The notes beneath the pieces were generated by a model that did no database searches, had not been told where the DNA came from, and worked only from the letters and a program-made list of their open reading frames with translations. A stretch of DNA of 64,000 nucleotides from contig JAVKOQ020000004.1 of the NCBI GenBank assembly GCA_031835245.2, positions 124,001 to 188,000 on the forward strand, in the 5' to 3' direction. This document shows, piece by piece, positions 1 through 14,535 of the stretch (its first letter is position 1; each line of letters opens with the position of its first letter). This DNA comes from Balamuthia mandrillaris (Eukaryota). The translations under genes and the position numbers were made by a program.

Positions 1-43
1 ACCACAATGACACCAAACACAAGAAAAGCTTGGTGTCTGCCAT
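1..43 (-). CDS. Possible start of a gene running off the window (signal-peptide-like MADTKLFLCLVSLW...)
   Basis: ATG at 43 after an A-rich leader, followed by hydrophobic codons; only 14 codons are visible. Confidence 0.25.
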   Translation of the reverse strand, partial: MADTKLFLCLVSLW

Positions 44-491
44 GTTTCGTGCTGCTTTGGTTTTATCCTCCTCTTTGGAACAGTGAGCGCAAAACGAAAA
101 GAAGAACAAGCACGAGCCGTTAGTGTGAAGGAAGCACGTTGTCCAGCGTTCCGAGTGAACGCGCCCCCCACTCGGCTGGTGACACACGCTGGAAGTTTCC
201 AAAACCATACATCCTCATGCAAGCGTTCTTCGAACGGAAAGCACGACAATCGATTCATTAATAACGCGAGCACCCTCTTCTTCTCCTCTCCCCTTCCTCT
301 CCTCGTTACACTTCTTCTGCTTTGGCTTGTCCTGTTCGGCGCCAGCCCCTGCGGCAGGGTATTGTGGAGGCAACATGCCCAACCACAATGCACTTGGAGA
401 CAAACAAAGCATTACAAAAATTCATTTTCTTAACCCAAAAGGATATGCAGAATAAAGAACACTAATCACCTGAGAAAGAGAGGGTGGATGT

Positions 492-3376
492 TCATGGCTC
501 TCTCGTTCTCCCAACATCTTCAAAGTACTCCATGGGAACAGGTTCAAAGTAATCATCATCCGCGTACGATTGTACTGCTTGCACTTCCATCGGCTCTGCG
601 TCGGCTGAGGGATGCTCTTCCTCGGAGGCTGGCTGCATGTCGGAAGGAGCCCATGATTGCGAGGGCGTAAAGTCCGAGTCTATCTCAGCGCAGTTGTTGA
701 TAGCGAACAACAATTTGGCTTTCAGCCGTTCCTATTGTTATTGTTTGTATTATTGTTGGTGTTATTATAATGTTGATGAAAATAAAAAAAATGGAACGTT
801 ACCTTTGTGGAATAAGCAGGCAGTTTAAGCTTGAAGGAGCAGGTCTGCGCCTCTGGCAGGAGGTCATCAGCGGTGCAGCCACCCCTCTCAAAGTTCTCAA
901 TAGAGAACTCGGCGGAGCTGCCGCCGACGGAGGGGGGCAGGCGGGCCTGCCCGTAGACGAACCGCATGAACTTGGCCCTCTCTTCGGGAGCGAACTCGCG
1001 AAGCACTTCCCAGAGCTTCTCCACCACTGGAGAGGAGGATGAGAGCGTTCCTCTGTAGGCTGTTCTTGCCATCAACCTAAATTATTCATTTTTTTTTTGT
1101 CAGAGGAGAAGAACAACAAGAAGAATAACAAGGAGAGAGAGAGAGAGAGAGAGAGAGAAGAGAAGAGAAGAGAACAAGCAAACGAGGGAGAAACAGATAC
1201 GACAGAAGAGACTTCGTACCAATCAACGTCATAATCGGATTTGCCACAAACAAGACTTTCTATTTCGCTCCACGTGAAGAGCTTGAGGAACGGGAAGGAG
1301 ACCATGAGAGAGGTGCCAAGTCGCATCGCCTCGGCTTGCTTCCTGCATTCGTTCAGCCGACATTCTCGCACCAAGCGAGTGAACTCGAGCCGGTTCTCCC
1401 AAGTTACCCTCTGATTCCTTCCTCCTTTTTTCAGTTCCACTTCAGTTCCATCACTATTTACAAATAGTATACAATAAATATTGGCAAGGAAAAGAGAATG
1501 AACAAAAAGCCGAAGAAAAAAGAAAGAGAATGTCGAACCTTAAGGTGGTGACGAAGGTGAGGTCATCGAAGGTAAGATCGAACATCTCTTCGTCGGTCAA
1601 CTGCGTTTCAATAACGTGAAGAAGTTGAGCGGTGATCACATCCATGCCTTCCAAGTCTTTGATGGTTGGCTCCTCTCCAAGCTAGCACAAGTAAACAAAG
1701 GAACAAACCATTTGGTAAATAAAAAAGGTACATGAAAACAAAAACAAAACTATAGATCACGTACATAAAGCTTCCAAACAAAGGAAGGAAGACGTAGGTC
1801 AAACACGTTGCGCGTACGAATGCAGATGCCCATGATGACGCCTAATGCTCTGTACATGCCGAGCGCCTGCTCTGAGGTTTGCGTGGGATTGAGGGTGTAC
1901 TTATCCCTGTCCGCTCCCACATGGTGCCTTTGGTTGGGCGTCTTAACGAAGAGAGGAAGAGCCTCCCCGTATAGCTCGCTTGCCATTTGGGCCAATGACT
2001 CACGATAAGGGCCACCTGTTTTATGTTAATGTTTGAGTTGCGTTCAACAACTTAAACGACTAATAGATAGGCAAAAGAAGAAGAACAAGAAGAGGAATAG
2101 GAATAAGAAAGTTACCTTGGTCAGTGGCACCTTCTCCGATGAACTCAACCCGCCAGGCACGGTCCGACTGACGCAGCTTGTTGACATCGGACAAACCGGC
2201 CAATTGAGTATAGAACTGACCAAACAACGTGTGGATCGCTCCATTCCTAGAGTCTTTGTCAAAGAAAAGAATCAGAGAAAGATGAGTTAAAACTTAGTCA
2301 AAACATAGCAAAAGAAAGAAAGTTGAAATGAGCACACCAGAAGCAAATTTAGCAGCCTTCAACCGGTTGAACTTGAACGTCTGCGTTTCTTTGCTCGTGT
2401 TGTTTCGGCTGCACAACTCAGTGAGGCCCTTTCTCTTCACTAATAATAGCATCAGGCCTCTCAGGCGCTGCGCTAATCCTGGAAGCGACGTTCCATCCGT
2501 TGGGAATGTCCCTTCTTCCTTCGCCCTCGAAGAAGACGAAGATGAAGCAGAGGATGAAGAGGAAGAGGAAGAAGAACCTTCTCCACTTGCGTTAGAGACT
2601 GTAGGAGTGAGATGATGAAGGAAGACTTCAGCAGGAACAGAGGCTGCATGAAGGCGAGAGCAGTCAAGGAACGGAACGAGACGAGTGATGCGCTTGTTCA
2701 AGGTGCGTAACAAATGGAAGCGAGCGATCATCAGAGAGAAGTCAGCATTCGCCAAAGCAGGGAACTGATAGGAAAGAGACTCGTCCATGGATAGAACGTC
2801 GGGAGAGATGTCCATAGGATCGTAGTCTTTGGCGCTGCAAATGCGGTTAACCATTTCTATCAACTGCTCGTCCATCGCCAGAGTCCAGTTAGGATTTGTG
2901 TTGTTGGCCAGTGTCAAGTAAGCTGTAGATTGTTATTATTCGCGTAAGACAGAAAGATGAGAATAGAAGGAAGAGGCAAGAGAGAGAGAGAGAGAGATAG
3001 AGAGATAGAGAGAGAGATAAACAAACTTTGATAAGCCACATCGTTCGATTCGTTACCAGCGTAGAACATGAGGAACTCCTTGTCATGCAAGCTCTGTTCC
3101 ATGAAGCTACGAGGGAAGGGCTTTCTTAGCAATAGCGCCACTAACAGATCTCTGGTATCAAGGGCGCGACGCAGCCATTTGGGCTTGTGAGGAATGGGGC
3201 GATGCACCGCTGAGAGCAGAACCTCGGAGGAGCCCAGCGGCAGGACATCCACGGGCAGATGCTTCAGTTCCGATTGGTTAAAGTGAACCGTCATTTGGGA
3301 CTCGTTGCTTTGTTTCAAGCTATTATTGAAAGTTAGATATTATTATGAATAAAACAAACAAAACAAAACCAGAGAT

Positions 3377-3418
<42 letters not shown>

Positions 3419-4629
3419 AATACCTGAAAGCAGGACACATGGCCATCTCGGAGAAAGCACTAAAAGCAATCCCCAGGGAAGTGCCGTTCAAGTAAAACTC
3501 CACCACACGGGCATCCAAGTCCAGTTTAATGCCAATGACATCTCCGGCGGTGCAAGCCCGGCCATAACTATCAGAGTTGCCCTCTGAGTACTTGATCAGC
3601 TCCTGAGGGTCCCATCCGAAGGTGCTAGACTCGGAACCAAGTGGCGTTGATGGCTGTTTTGTTTTTTTGTTTTGACATAACGTTAAATGAAAGGAGAGCG
3701 AAAGCACAATAACAATAGCTTACCGCGGCATCAGCAGAAGCCCAACCGATACGAAGTCCCTTGGGGTTGCTCACCAGTTTGACCTCATAATACCATTTGC
3801 CTTTGGTGACGACCACGGGCGCCACCACCGTCGCCACGTCCTTGCTGGCGCCGACGATGCCGCCGTCTTTAGCACTGATGGCGATGGAGCCGACGTATGT
3901 GTTGCTTGCAGCGATCTCCAGCGGGGTAATGGAGCCCTTTCGGTACAGATTGACAAGCCCTGAGAGAGAAAGCAGAGAGAGTAGGAAGGAGAATAAGTGA
4001 AAAAAAAAAGAGAAAACCAAAGAAAAACGACAAGAGATAAAAATAACACTTTAAAATAGAAGAGAATGTACCTTTTTGATGGATCTTCTGCAATTCAGCC
4101 GAACTCAACGCCTTATCCGTTACGATATGGAGCTGGTCGATGGCACCAAACTGCTCGCCAAGATCCACGCCGTTACCAATGGCGATGATGGAAGCGGAGG
4201 GGTTGTACGTCGAGGACAGTGGGTCGCTGCTTTCTGTCTTAAGTGTTTGCGCTGTGTAGCCACGCACAGGACCACCCGCCACAGCTCTATTTATTGGAGA
4301 AAAAAGTAAACATAAAACAAAAGAATCCCCCCACAAGAACGAAAGGAATATACCTGATAGTAATAAAGTGCCAGCTGCTCTCATACTCGTAGAAACTGCT
4401 TTCTTCAGCAGGTTCGTGTTTACGCACAGGCAGATTGGCAATGGGGTGGTATGTCTCGGAGCTTGCCTCCCAAACTGCCAGCGAGATGTTCTTGGAGGTG
4501 AGGGTGGAGCCAAAGAGCTCGCTGCCGTCCTCAATCTCCATTGTGGAAACGATTTGATCTGTGATAGCGTGATAGGTAATGAGCTTACTCAGTACCAATC
4601 TAAAAAGATGATAGAGCAGAGAAGAGAGA

Positions 4630-4661
<32 letters not shown>

Positions 4662-7600
4662 TGACCTCCGTTGTCAAACTGGATCAAAGTATTCTTGCCG
4701 GTCGTCTCACAAAGCGGGAGCGAGAACCAACCACAAACCGTCCAACCATCCTGCGTCTGGCTGAGATCCGGCTCAACCGTTGCTTGTGCTCCCTCCTCTC
4801 CTTCTTTTTCTTTTTCTTTCTCGTTGGTCTTCGTTGCAGCAGCAGTAACCAGAGCAATGGGCTTGTTGTCGTGCAACTTAGCGATGGAAGTGCGTGAGCT
4901 GAAGGCTGCAGCTGAGATGCATCCGTTCAGTCCTCTCACTGGCTTCCATTTGCGTTTCTCCCAGTCGGACTCGCGTCGGAGTTCTGCTATTTGTTGCTTG
5001 TTGGTCCAGTCGATGGAGCTGAGTTGAGAGTGAGTGCCAACCAACAACCAGTCCAATGAGTCATCTGTGAATATTGTTTTGAAACAAGAAAAGAATGATA
5101 AGGAGTTGAAAGATGACATAGTAGAAAGAAGGGTACATTCAGAAACATCAAGGCTGTTATAGGCAAGAAGCAAGAGATCAATCAACGCTTGGAGCGATTT
5201 AGAGTAGACAGGGTCGTCTTTTTGTTGGGCATAAAGAGCAACGACAGACTTTTGGACTGTCGTTATAAGTTCCATAAGATCCGGCTGAATGAATGGACGA
5301 ATGGCAAGTCAGTTTTAGAAAGAAGAAAAAAAAAGGAGGGTAAAGAAACAAAGGAAGGAGACAACGAGGAAGTGAGAAGCAAAAGAGACCTTGGTATTAT
5401 AGTGCTTCAGCAAGTGAGGATGAATAAGATGGCGGATGGCACGGACAATGCGGGTGCGAGTGGCAGCATCGAGACTGTTGCTGACGGCCTTGGTCAACAG
5501 CCTGAGATTCTCCGCTGTATAGACTGCAGGAGAGTAGACCTCGGCGGCGTTGTCTCCCTCGCTTACGCGCAGTACTAGCTCCAGCAAGTTGAGCGCCTGT
5601 TATTTAATATTCTAAGTTTGTTTGAAGGCAAAGAGAGAACCAAACGTTAAAAAGCAAACCTTTGTAACCTCATCAGAGGTTTGAGAAGTGACTCCAAACA
5701 CATAAAACTTGTATCCCCAATAATTGTTGGTGGCATCGCTGGTGAACTTCATCAGCAAGCGGTTGCCCGAGACCGCAAAGTTCTTGAACTGAGTAAAAGG
5801 TCCGCTGAACTGATGGATCAGCTCTCGCGTGTCTGGCTGGTAGAAGCGCAGCCAGTCGTAGTTGTTCTCGGTCAAAGTTTCCTTGTCGAAGATGATGATG
5901 AGTCGTTCGGCTCCATCCAGCTTGATGGTCTTCTCATAGTCTGCCTCGTTGGGATAAGGATGCTCCGACTCCTCCAGATGCACTTTGATGGAGGCCAAAT
6001 GTTTGGGAGTGGTGGAGAGGAAACTGGTCATCTCTGCCACGAGACGAGCCAACGTTGCTTCTGCTGAAGGTTTGTCCTTTTCTTCTTCTTCCTTTTCCTT
6101 CATGGAGGAAGACGAAGGAGTTGGTTTGGAGGGAGGAGCGCTGAGAACCATGGCTTTGTCGAGAGTCTCTTTCTCGGACCAACGAGTGAGGACGGTTAGC
6201 GCTTGCATGACGTCAATGGGCTGGTAGCTCTCTTTGTTCAACCGGACACCCAAAACGCGTTTGGTGAAGGTCGCCAGGGTAGAAGGCTGTCGGAGCAGCG
6301 ACCAAAGAGAGGTGTACAGCGACTCGCTCTGCTCCTCTCCGCCTTCTTTCTCTTTGCCTTTCTTCGAAGAGGAGGATGAAGATACAGGAGAAGGAGCAGA
6401 AGAAGGAGAAAGAGCAGGGAAGTGGAGGATAAGACGGATCAAGGAGTCCAAAGCGTAATGCGAGGAGAGGCGATGCATCATTTGGAGGATCTCGAACCAA
6501 ATAGGAGGGCGAGAAGCATCCGCTGGATCGAACAACATGGACAAAGCGGAGGTGGTGGTCTTGCTAGGGTCGTCCATAAGTCTGATGGACACATCATCGA
6601 GCTGACTGTGTGTTGCAGGTGACCAGATATAGTTCTCCAGGCTCAACGCTATAATGTTTTGTAATGATGCTTCCGTTAAATAAAGAACGAAAGGAAAACA
6701 AAGAAGAGGAAACGTACGTAGGGAATCTTTGGTAGGGTTCTTTCCCTTAGGTTGCAGCAACTTCTCCTTCTACAAAAGTAAAACGAGCACAAAAATAGAC
6801 AAAGAAATAGAAGAATAAGAAAGAAGGAACAAAGAAAGCACAAAAGAACAAAACTAGACGTTGCTGAAGAAACATCTGGATGTTGAATACATACCAACAA
6901 AGTTCTATAGCTCTCCAACACATCATATCCGGTGGCCTCCAACGCCGAGTTACATTTCTGCAGCGGGAAGTTGAGTCGCTGCAGACTGGTCGCCAACGCT
7001 GCTCTGTCACGTTTGGCTTTTGCGTAGACCGCGCCTCTGGCGCTGCACTCCAGCTCTAACTCTCCAAGCAGAGTCTCTTGGGCGGTGAGCGTCAATGCAC
7101 CGTCCTCCTTGTTCTGGTCAAGCACAATGTGCAGAAGAGCTTGCAAAAGTCCTTGTTTGTTGAAAAATGTGAGACGAGAATGAGACAATAGAGGAGGAAG
7201 AGGAAGAGGAAGCAGAAGAAGAACAGCAGAAGAAACCTTGATCTTGCAAAAGTGCCTGTCTAACATCCGCATGTTGCACGAACATGCTTAAGGTCCTAAA
7301 GTAAAGTCTCTGCAACTCGGCATAGGCAATGGACGAGAGAAGATCCTTGCAGCGAGGATGATAAAGAGTTCTATAGTTTATGTTCTCAGGCTCATCTGCG
7401 GAACTGGCAGCAAGCAACAGCTTGGCATCCTCTTCTTGTTGCGGTGGAATACTAGCGATGAACAGAGGTAACAAAGACAACATTTGTTTGGCGCAGTTAA
7501 GAAACTCGGCCGTCACATCTGTCTTCTGTGAATGTAGAATGAAAAGAGCAAGTTAATAATAAAAACAAAAAATAATAAAAAAAGAACTGTACCTCGGGCA

Positions 7601-10600
7601 TCAACTTGAGGTCTTTGGGTTGGGTCCACGTTTGTGTCGTATCATTGCCAACGTGCAAATAGAGCTCTGTATAGTCCCTAACAGAGAATATAGAACTTTT
7701 TCCGTGGAACTTGATGAGAGAGAGAGAGAGAGAGAGAGAGATGCGAAACGGTTAGAAACGAAAGATTTTACAAAACCAACAGCATGTGCCGGATGGCTTA
7801 CCACAGGTTCTTGAGGGTCGACTCTGGTGCCTGGAGTGAAATGTACGCCTCGTTTGCCCATCAAGGAAAGAGCAGTCACGGACTCTTGGATGAGTGCCGA
7901 GAGCTGTGCTTGCTGTTGTGGTTCACCAGAGAGCAACAAAGCTGGAAGAACCTTTGGCAAGGCGCTTTGCAGACGTTGCATGACCCACGTAGTGATATAG
8001 GTCTTCCAATGCTCTGAGCTCTTCAACAAGCGTTGCAGCGCTTGGAGCATATTGGAGGCAGCCGTGGAGAGAGCAGGCAATCGGTTGACATGCTGTAACT
8101 CCTTCTCTAGCGCTGCTTCTTCGTCCTCTCCTTCCTGAGCTGGCTTGGCAACAGCAATGCTGAGGAAAGACGCCACACCTAAGCCTTGACCGATGCCAGA
8201 GAGAAGCTCGTCCGCTATTTGCTTTGCCAGTTGGTTGCATTCGTTGTTGGCGTTGTTGTTGATGTTGTTGGGATCCACCTGTGGCAAAGTGATGGAGAAC
8301 AAATGGGTGACTAACACCTTCATGAAAGATTTGGTTCCGTTGTATATCTTCAACAATCTCCTTATCTCCCGTTTCCTCTTCTTTTCCTCTTTCTTTTCCT
8401 CTGTTTCCTGTTCTTCCTCCTTCTCTTTCTCCTTGGCCTTCTCCGCTTCCTTTGCTTCCTCAGGAACCAACAAAGGCGGTACTTCCTCGTTTTCCTCTTT
8501 GAGGAAAGTCATCAACAGGCACATCCATTTGGGAGTGCAGAGCTCCGCTCGAACAACGGCCGAAGCAGAGGCCAGAGAGAACAAAAGGAGACCAATGTCC
8601 GCTGGAGAGAGAGCTGTTTGGTCAATGTCTTTTGACCAGTCCTCGCTGAGGCGGAAGAGCTTTGTTTGTTTGGGTCGCTTGCCAAGACCCTTGCCAAAGA
8701 AGGAGACACGACGAGGGCCATTCTCACCAGTAAACAAAGTGGTGTTCTCCTTCCAAGAGTTGTTCAAGTGCTCGTGAAGAAGATCCAACAACTGTTGTGT
8801 CAACTTGAGCTGAGCAGGATAGAGATGGGTCGTCGTTGTTCCCGACTTGTTGCTGTTAGCTTTGGAAGACGGGTGGATGCATTGCAAAGCAATAGTTTGC
8901 AACAAGAGCCAAGCGGCTTGTCGCTTCTTGTAGAGAGCTATGAAGCGCTCTTGCTTGGCTTTGCTTTCTGTGTCGTCGGTCCCGCCCATAAGGAAGCGAA
9001 TGTCCTCCTCGTCCTCCACGTCTATCCAGCCTTCCTGTTGTCCTCCTGACTCCATGTCATCTTTGCTGGCGATGATGATTCTTCTTGCTTTGAGTTTAGG
9101 CTTTTGTTGTTCTTCAGAGGATGAAGAAGACTCTCCTTCTCGTTGCTGTTCTTGTGCAGGTTCTTGTTTTTCTTTTCCTTTATCGGTGTCAGAAGAAGAA
9201 GGAGAAGACGAAGAAGAGGCTAGAGAAGAAGAAGCAGTAGAAGCAGATGGCACTTCAAGAACGAGTGGCAAAATCTTCTGGAAGATATCGCTCTCGAGAA
9301 GGAACTCAAAGTCGTTCTCTGTGTGGAACTTAAGAGCAAGGCAGTCACATACAAAAGCGGAAGCCTGCATCACGGAAGTAGATGCGTCGGTCGCTCTGGA
9401 ATCGAGCAGAGAGAGTAGAGTCTTGTAGAGAGGATAGAACGCGTCCGAAACTTTTTGCTGCAGCTCCGCTCCGGCGCATTGAAGGTCGTGGCTGTAGTGA
9501 TGAAGTCCCTTCGTCCTTGCTTTCAACACCTTCTCCAGGTTCTTGTCCCTCTGCTCCTTCTTGCCACCTCCATCGTTCAGAGGAGCATAGCTCTTCAAGG
9601 CCCATCCAACAAGAGCCATGACTTCCTGCAAGAGAGCCGGCGAGGAGCAGCTCTTCAACGACGTCACAATGTCAGCGAACAGGGCAAGGCACTCTGCCCT
9701 GTCGTTGGCCCTTTGCTTCCTCAGCCGCACGCACTCCTCCACGTCCTCCGCGTTGACCTCCTCCGACTGCACAAAGGAAAGAATGGCATGAGCAGCTGGC
9801 TCCCAGTACCAAGAAGGAGCTCCTGGGCCTTCTGCCAAGGCCAGAAGAGAACCTCCTCCCAAGACAGACGACACGTCGTCATTGCTGTCGTCGTCTATTG
9901 AAGCTACCGTAGAAGGGACTTGTCCACCGGCCTGAACGATCAATCTGTCCACGCTGCGACGCAAAGAGACAGAACGTTGTTGCTGTTGACTCTTCAGGGC
10001 ACCAGTCTTCTCCAAGTGTTGCTCGCGAGAAAGCACGGGAGTAAAGCGAAGCAAACACTCCGCCTTCTGCGAGACCTTCTCTGCGAGACGGTCATACACG
10101 CTGCGACTGTCGCTCTCCGAGCCTTGGTTGGCCTCCTTTTGACGCTGCTGAATGAACCACTTCTTCACCTTGTAGCCGTAGCGATAGGCCCTCTTCAAAG
10201 CTGGTGAGGGATTGGAAGAGGAGCCCTCGTTAGCAAACTTGATGGCATCGGGAGTGAGATGAGCGTGATGCAGGATGGCAGCCACCACCACCCTGACCGC
10301 GCGGTCCACGGACTTGGAGGTGATGCCCGCAAGTTGCGAGGCTGATGAGGAGAGGTGGGAGGGGATGAACTTCTTGTGCATGCGACCAGCGTCCCCACGC
10401 AACTCTATGAGGTCTCTCAAGAACTCCGTCTCTTCTTCTGTTGTTGAGGAAACGGCTTTGCCTTTGCTCTCTTCCTCATAGATGCTTTGCTGAGACATAC
10501 CAGCTTTGAGAAGGTTGGAGTTGAGCCAGGGAAGGTAACGCAGCTCCTTGTCAGTGTAGGAACCCATCATCTTCATGGCGATCTTGACGACAATCCAGAG

Positions 10601-13600
10601 CAGGGTCCTCTCCATCTCCGGCAGCCAGAAGCGGTTCTTGATGGTGTACTTGACCTTGCAGCGGAAGCCCCAGTCCACGTTGGAGGCGTCCGAGTGGAAC
10701 ATGAACCAAACGGCGTTGGAGGGGACGTGGAGGGGGTGCTTGGGCCATTTGTGGGTGCCACCGGTCAGTTGCTCTTGGAATTGGTTGCAGTTGTTGGGAG
10801 CCAAGAATAGCTTTAGCCAGTCGTGCCTTTTTGTTTGTTTTGTAGTTTCAGAGTAGCTATAAGACTTTTTTTCTCTTCTTTAAAAAAAAAAACAAAAAAG
10901 AATAGAAAAGAAAAGAAAACGCCGAAACGTACGTTTCTTCTGTGCGGCTGTTCTCGTCAAACTCGAGAGTGAGACCGCTAGCATCCGATATTGCCACATG
11001 CTTGCAAATGTCCATGTTGTTCGCATAGGAATGAAGCGTCTCCACTATAGTAAGTCCGTAGGAGGATGCCGACGCAGAAGCGCCACTAGCCGAGCCAACA
11101 GCGAGCTCTGACTGCAAACTCTCCACGTTCCGCAAGAAAGCGAGCACCTTCGTCATAAGCTCACGCGTGAGATCGGGATAAGAAGAGGATGACGAAGCAG
11201 AAGAGTGAGAGAGGTCCAACATAAAAGAGGATGCCAAGGCTGGCAATAAAGCAAAGGTGGAAGAGCGGGTAAGGAAGCGAAGCAGCTGCTCAGTCTTTTG
11301 TGCTCCTAGTCCGGCAGTAGCTTCTTTTCCACTTTGTGCGTTGTGGTGGGACACAACGGAGCGAACGCTCTCGAGTTGTTCTTGGAAGTGATTCATGGCT
11401 TGAAGTGTATAGTATTGGCGGAGATAGTACTGTTGTTGTTTGCGTTGCTCTAGTTTTGCTTTTTGCTCTTCTGACTCTATTTCTTTCTCTTCTCCTGCTT
11501 CGGTTTTGCTTTGTTGTGGTTGTTGCTCGGCCAAAGAAGCAAAGATGTAGTTCTGCAAAGTAAGTAAGAAACGAACGTAACCAGGCCTAGCCTCTTCGCC
11601 TTCTTTCTTTGATGACGGAGACGACAGCTGTCGCTCCAACGATCGCTCCAACTGATGTTTAGAATAGGAGAAGATCAGAGGAAGAATCGTCTGCACGTTA
11701 TCTTCGTCTTTCTCTTTCTTCTTTTCGGCTTGCTCGGTCTTGTTCTTTGTTTCACTCGGCTTGAAGAGCCGGTTGACTGCTACAGCATCCGAAAGTTGCG
11801 CCAACATTTTTTCCAAAAAGTAGGCACCGCTATAGGAAGAAGAAGAGGAGGATGTTGAATCACCGACGGGAAGAGAAGAAGAAGCAGAAGCTTTCTTCTC
11901 CTCTTGTTTGGCGTTTACTTCCTGGAGGGCGTTCACGAGGAGATTCAGCTGCTCGCTCTGATTGGGAACGACGTAGTCCAGAGCGTAGGCAAGAGTTTGG
12001 CAGGCCTCCAGTTGGATCTGCTTCTCTATCTCGCTCTCTCCTTGTGCCTGGAAGATGTAGTAACGCAGGAGCGAAGATATCTTGTCCACTAACACTTTGC
12101 TTTCTTCATCCTCTTCCTCCTTTCCGCTTGGTGTTTCGGGCCAAGCCAAGCCCACGTCCTTCGGCTGTATCCGAGCCAGAGACAAGTGTCGAAAATGCAC
12201 TTTGAGCATTTTGAAAATGAGCAGCAAGGCAAAGTCGTAGATACTGCTTTGGTCAGTTTGTTCTTGCTGTTGCTTTTGTTGCTTGCTAAGGTTACGACAG
12301 GAGGTGGAGATAGTGTATAACGTTTGGAAGCTCTCTTTGCTGATGTTCATGATGAAGGGCAAGGAAAGGGCCGCAGCACTGTCCTTGGCCTGTCGTTCTT
12401 CCTCCTCTAGAACACATACAGAGAACAGCTGACAGAGGAAGAAGGAAAGCAGTTGCCATGGTCTCACTTGTTGTTGCTCTGTTTGTTGTGCTACAGAGGA
12501 AACGGCATGTTGAATGCCTTTGGGTAGCGCAGCAAGGATTGGCTCTTCCAACGTTTGAAGGAGGTGCACCAACGATTGAGGGCATCGAAGAGAGTAAAAG
12601 TGCGAAGACGTAGATTCTTGCTGTTGATTCTCTTCTTCGTGGAGAGAGAGCAAGAGCTTCACAAGCATTACAGAGCTTTCGAAGGAGCCAGAGGCGATGT
12701 TGAGGGCAAGAAGAGCTTCTATGGCTTTTGTTTTGATGAGGTGGGTTTCTTCCGGGGTGTTGCTTTTGAAGGTCCCCACTGTTACGGCGAGGAACTTGCT
12801 TACTTCGGCAACGCCGTCAGATATTACCTGGACATAGGGAGAGGTACTTTTGTTGTTTTTTTGCTCTTGTGTCAATTGTGATAGCAGCAAAGAAAGAAGA
12901 AAAAAGAAAATGGTACCTTGGAATGTCGTCTTTGTGCAAACAAAGAGCTGGTGCTTCCGTCAAAGCGTTGATAAGAATGTCCAGTATGTGGGCACACAAA
13001 GCGGGATTGTTGCGAGTGCTGTCGTTCAACATGGCCAGCACGATTTGCATTGTGGTGCGGATGGACAGGCGTATGCCAGGCGGAATGGTTCCCTGGGTTT
13101 TGCTTCCTTCCGCAGCAGCCGCTCGTTCCTCCGCCATCGTCATAGAAATGAACGCTTTTGTGCTCTACGTTTGTTGTTGTGTTTGGTGAGAGAAACGATA
13201 GCAACAAGCAAGCCCGAAAGATGGAGAGAATGAACAAACCTCAGAACAATCGGCCGCTTTATCGGCAAGTTCCTTGTAGAAGTGCATCAAAAAGCCGGTC
13301 CGCTTGTCAAAGCTCGAGTCTTTGAGGACCTGCGCGGTTCCGGTCTCCTCCTGCATGACCGCAATGGTTTGGGCCAACTCCCTGGCGAGCTGCCTCTCGC
13401 CCTGTGCTTGCGTCTGTGCCGGCCCTTCTTGCGCCTCGAAGAGAGGACGCGAGAGCAGGGCGGACCACCATTTCGTGCTGCCGTGGTAGTACTTCTCGTT
13501 GGCCCGGTAGCTCTTCTCCGTGTCCTCGTCGAAATAGTCCTGCCTCAGGCGGAACTGGGAGGAGGGGTCCTCCGCTTCCGCGGCGGCAGAGGAGGGGGCG

Positions 13601-13752
13601 GTGTAGCGGTTGGAGGAGATCTGCTGCTCCAGGAGAGCATTGTTGTTGAATATGTCCCACAAGAGGTCTTGGTTGGTCTTGGCGGCCGCGGAGCCTTCCG
13701 GATGGTTGTTCTCTCCTGGGTTCCCGCCCAGTGCCGATTGATGCTGCCCCAT
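492..13752 (-). CDS. Giant multi-exon HECT E3 ubiquitin ligase (HERC/HECTD4/ZZEF1-like architecture: two CUB-like domains, SPRY, C-terminal HECT)
   Basis: HECT motifs GPYRESLAQMASEL, LPLFVKTPN, VTWENRLEF, FMRFVYGQARLP and LPEAQTCSFKLKLPAYS (Cys codon 839-841). SPRY motifs GKWYYEVK...LRIGWA and GDVIGIKLDLD...FYLNG at ~3300-3950. CUB-like ESEHPY...TENNYDWL...FTSDATNNYWGYKF at ~5680-5990, second copy at ~10640-11050. Successive ORFs are joined by GT-AG introns; ATG 13752, stop 492. Confidence 0.9.
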
Positions 13753-14535
13753 TGCGCTTTTTCTTTTTTATCAATGGGACCTGCTCTCCACAAACAAACA
13801 AGAATGAAAAGCAGTTAATAGGTTTTTATCTATAGAAAAAAAGCAAAGCAGGGACTGTGTAACAAACGTGAAAGCGGTACCGGTAACCGATCTTACACAA
13901 ATAAAAAAAAATGAAAGCTGCTTTCCTCTCCTTGTGGACGTCGGTTTTATGAAAAGAGAGAGAGAGAGATGAGCCTTTTTTTTTTCCTCCCGCCCCAACA
14001 AACGAGAGGGCGCGGTGCGGCCAAGTGATTATGCGCTTCCAAAAAAGCCTGAATGGCTTGTCTTGCTCGTCAAAGTGGTGGTTTTTTTGGTTGCTTTATT
14101 TTTTCTTTTCAGTTGCACTTTTTTTGAGTGAAAACTTTGAGAGAAGCGTTCCTGAAATGAAGGAGCACGTAGAGACGCATCCCTCTATTTGTTGTAGACA
14201 CTGGAAGAAGGAACCCATTCCGGGCCGGAAAATGTCTAAGCCCTTGCGCTTGATCGACCTCCGATCTTCGGACTCTTGGTTTCTCGCCGCAGCCTGTGAG
14301 TGTAACTCCTTAAAATTCCTATGCGCAAACCTCCTTAAAAGGCGCGTGCTTCGCATTCTTTGCGTGCAATTTGTACGAAGGAACGAAGAAAGAAGAAGAG
14401 GACGAACATGAAGAAGAAGAAGAATATGAAGAAGAAAAACAAGAACAAGAACAAGAACAATGAGAAAGAGGGGAGATGAGCGTGCAGAGAGGGACATTTA
14501 CACAATTTTTTTTTGGTACCAAAAAGAAGGAAGGT

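Noticed and set aside
44..494. Possible readthrough of the HECT TGA into a downstream open frame via an intron-like segment at ~395-469
   Set aside because: The HECT domain is already complete, there is no SECIS or readthrough context, and the downstream peptide is unrecognisable; at most a 3' UTR intron
14025..14520. ORFs or possible structured RNA between the HECT start and MutL stop
   Set aside because: No snRNA, RNase P/MRP or SRP motifs recognised; looks like UTR with an intron-like repeat
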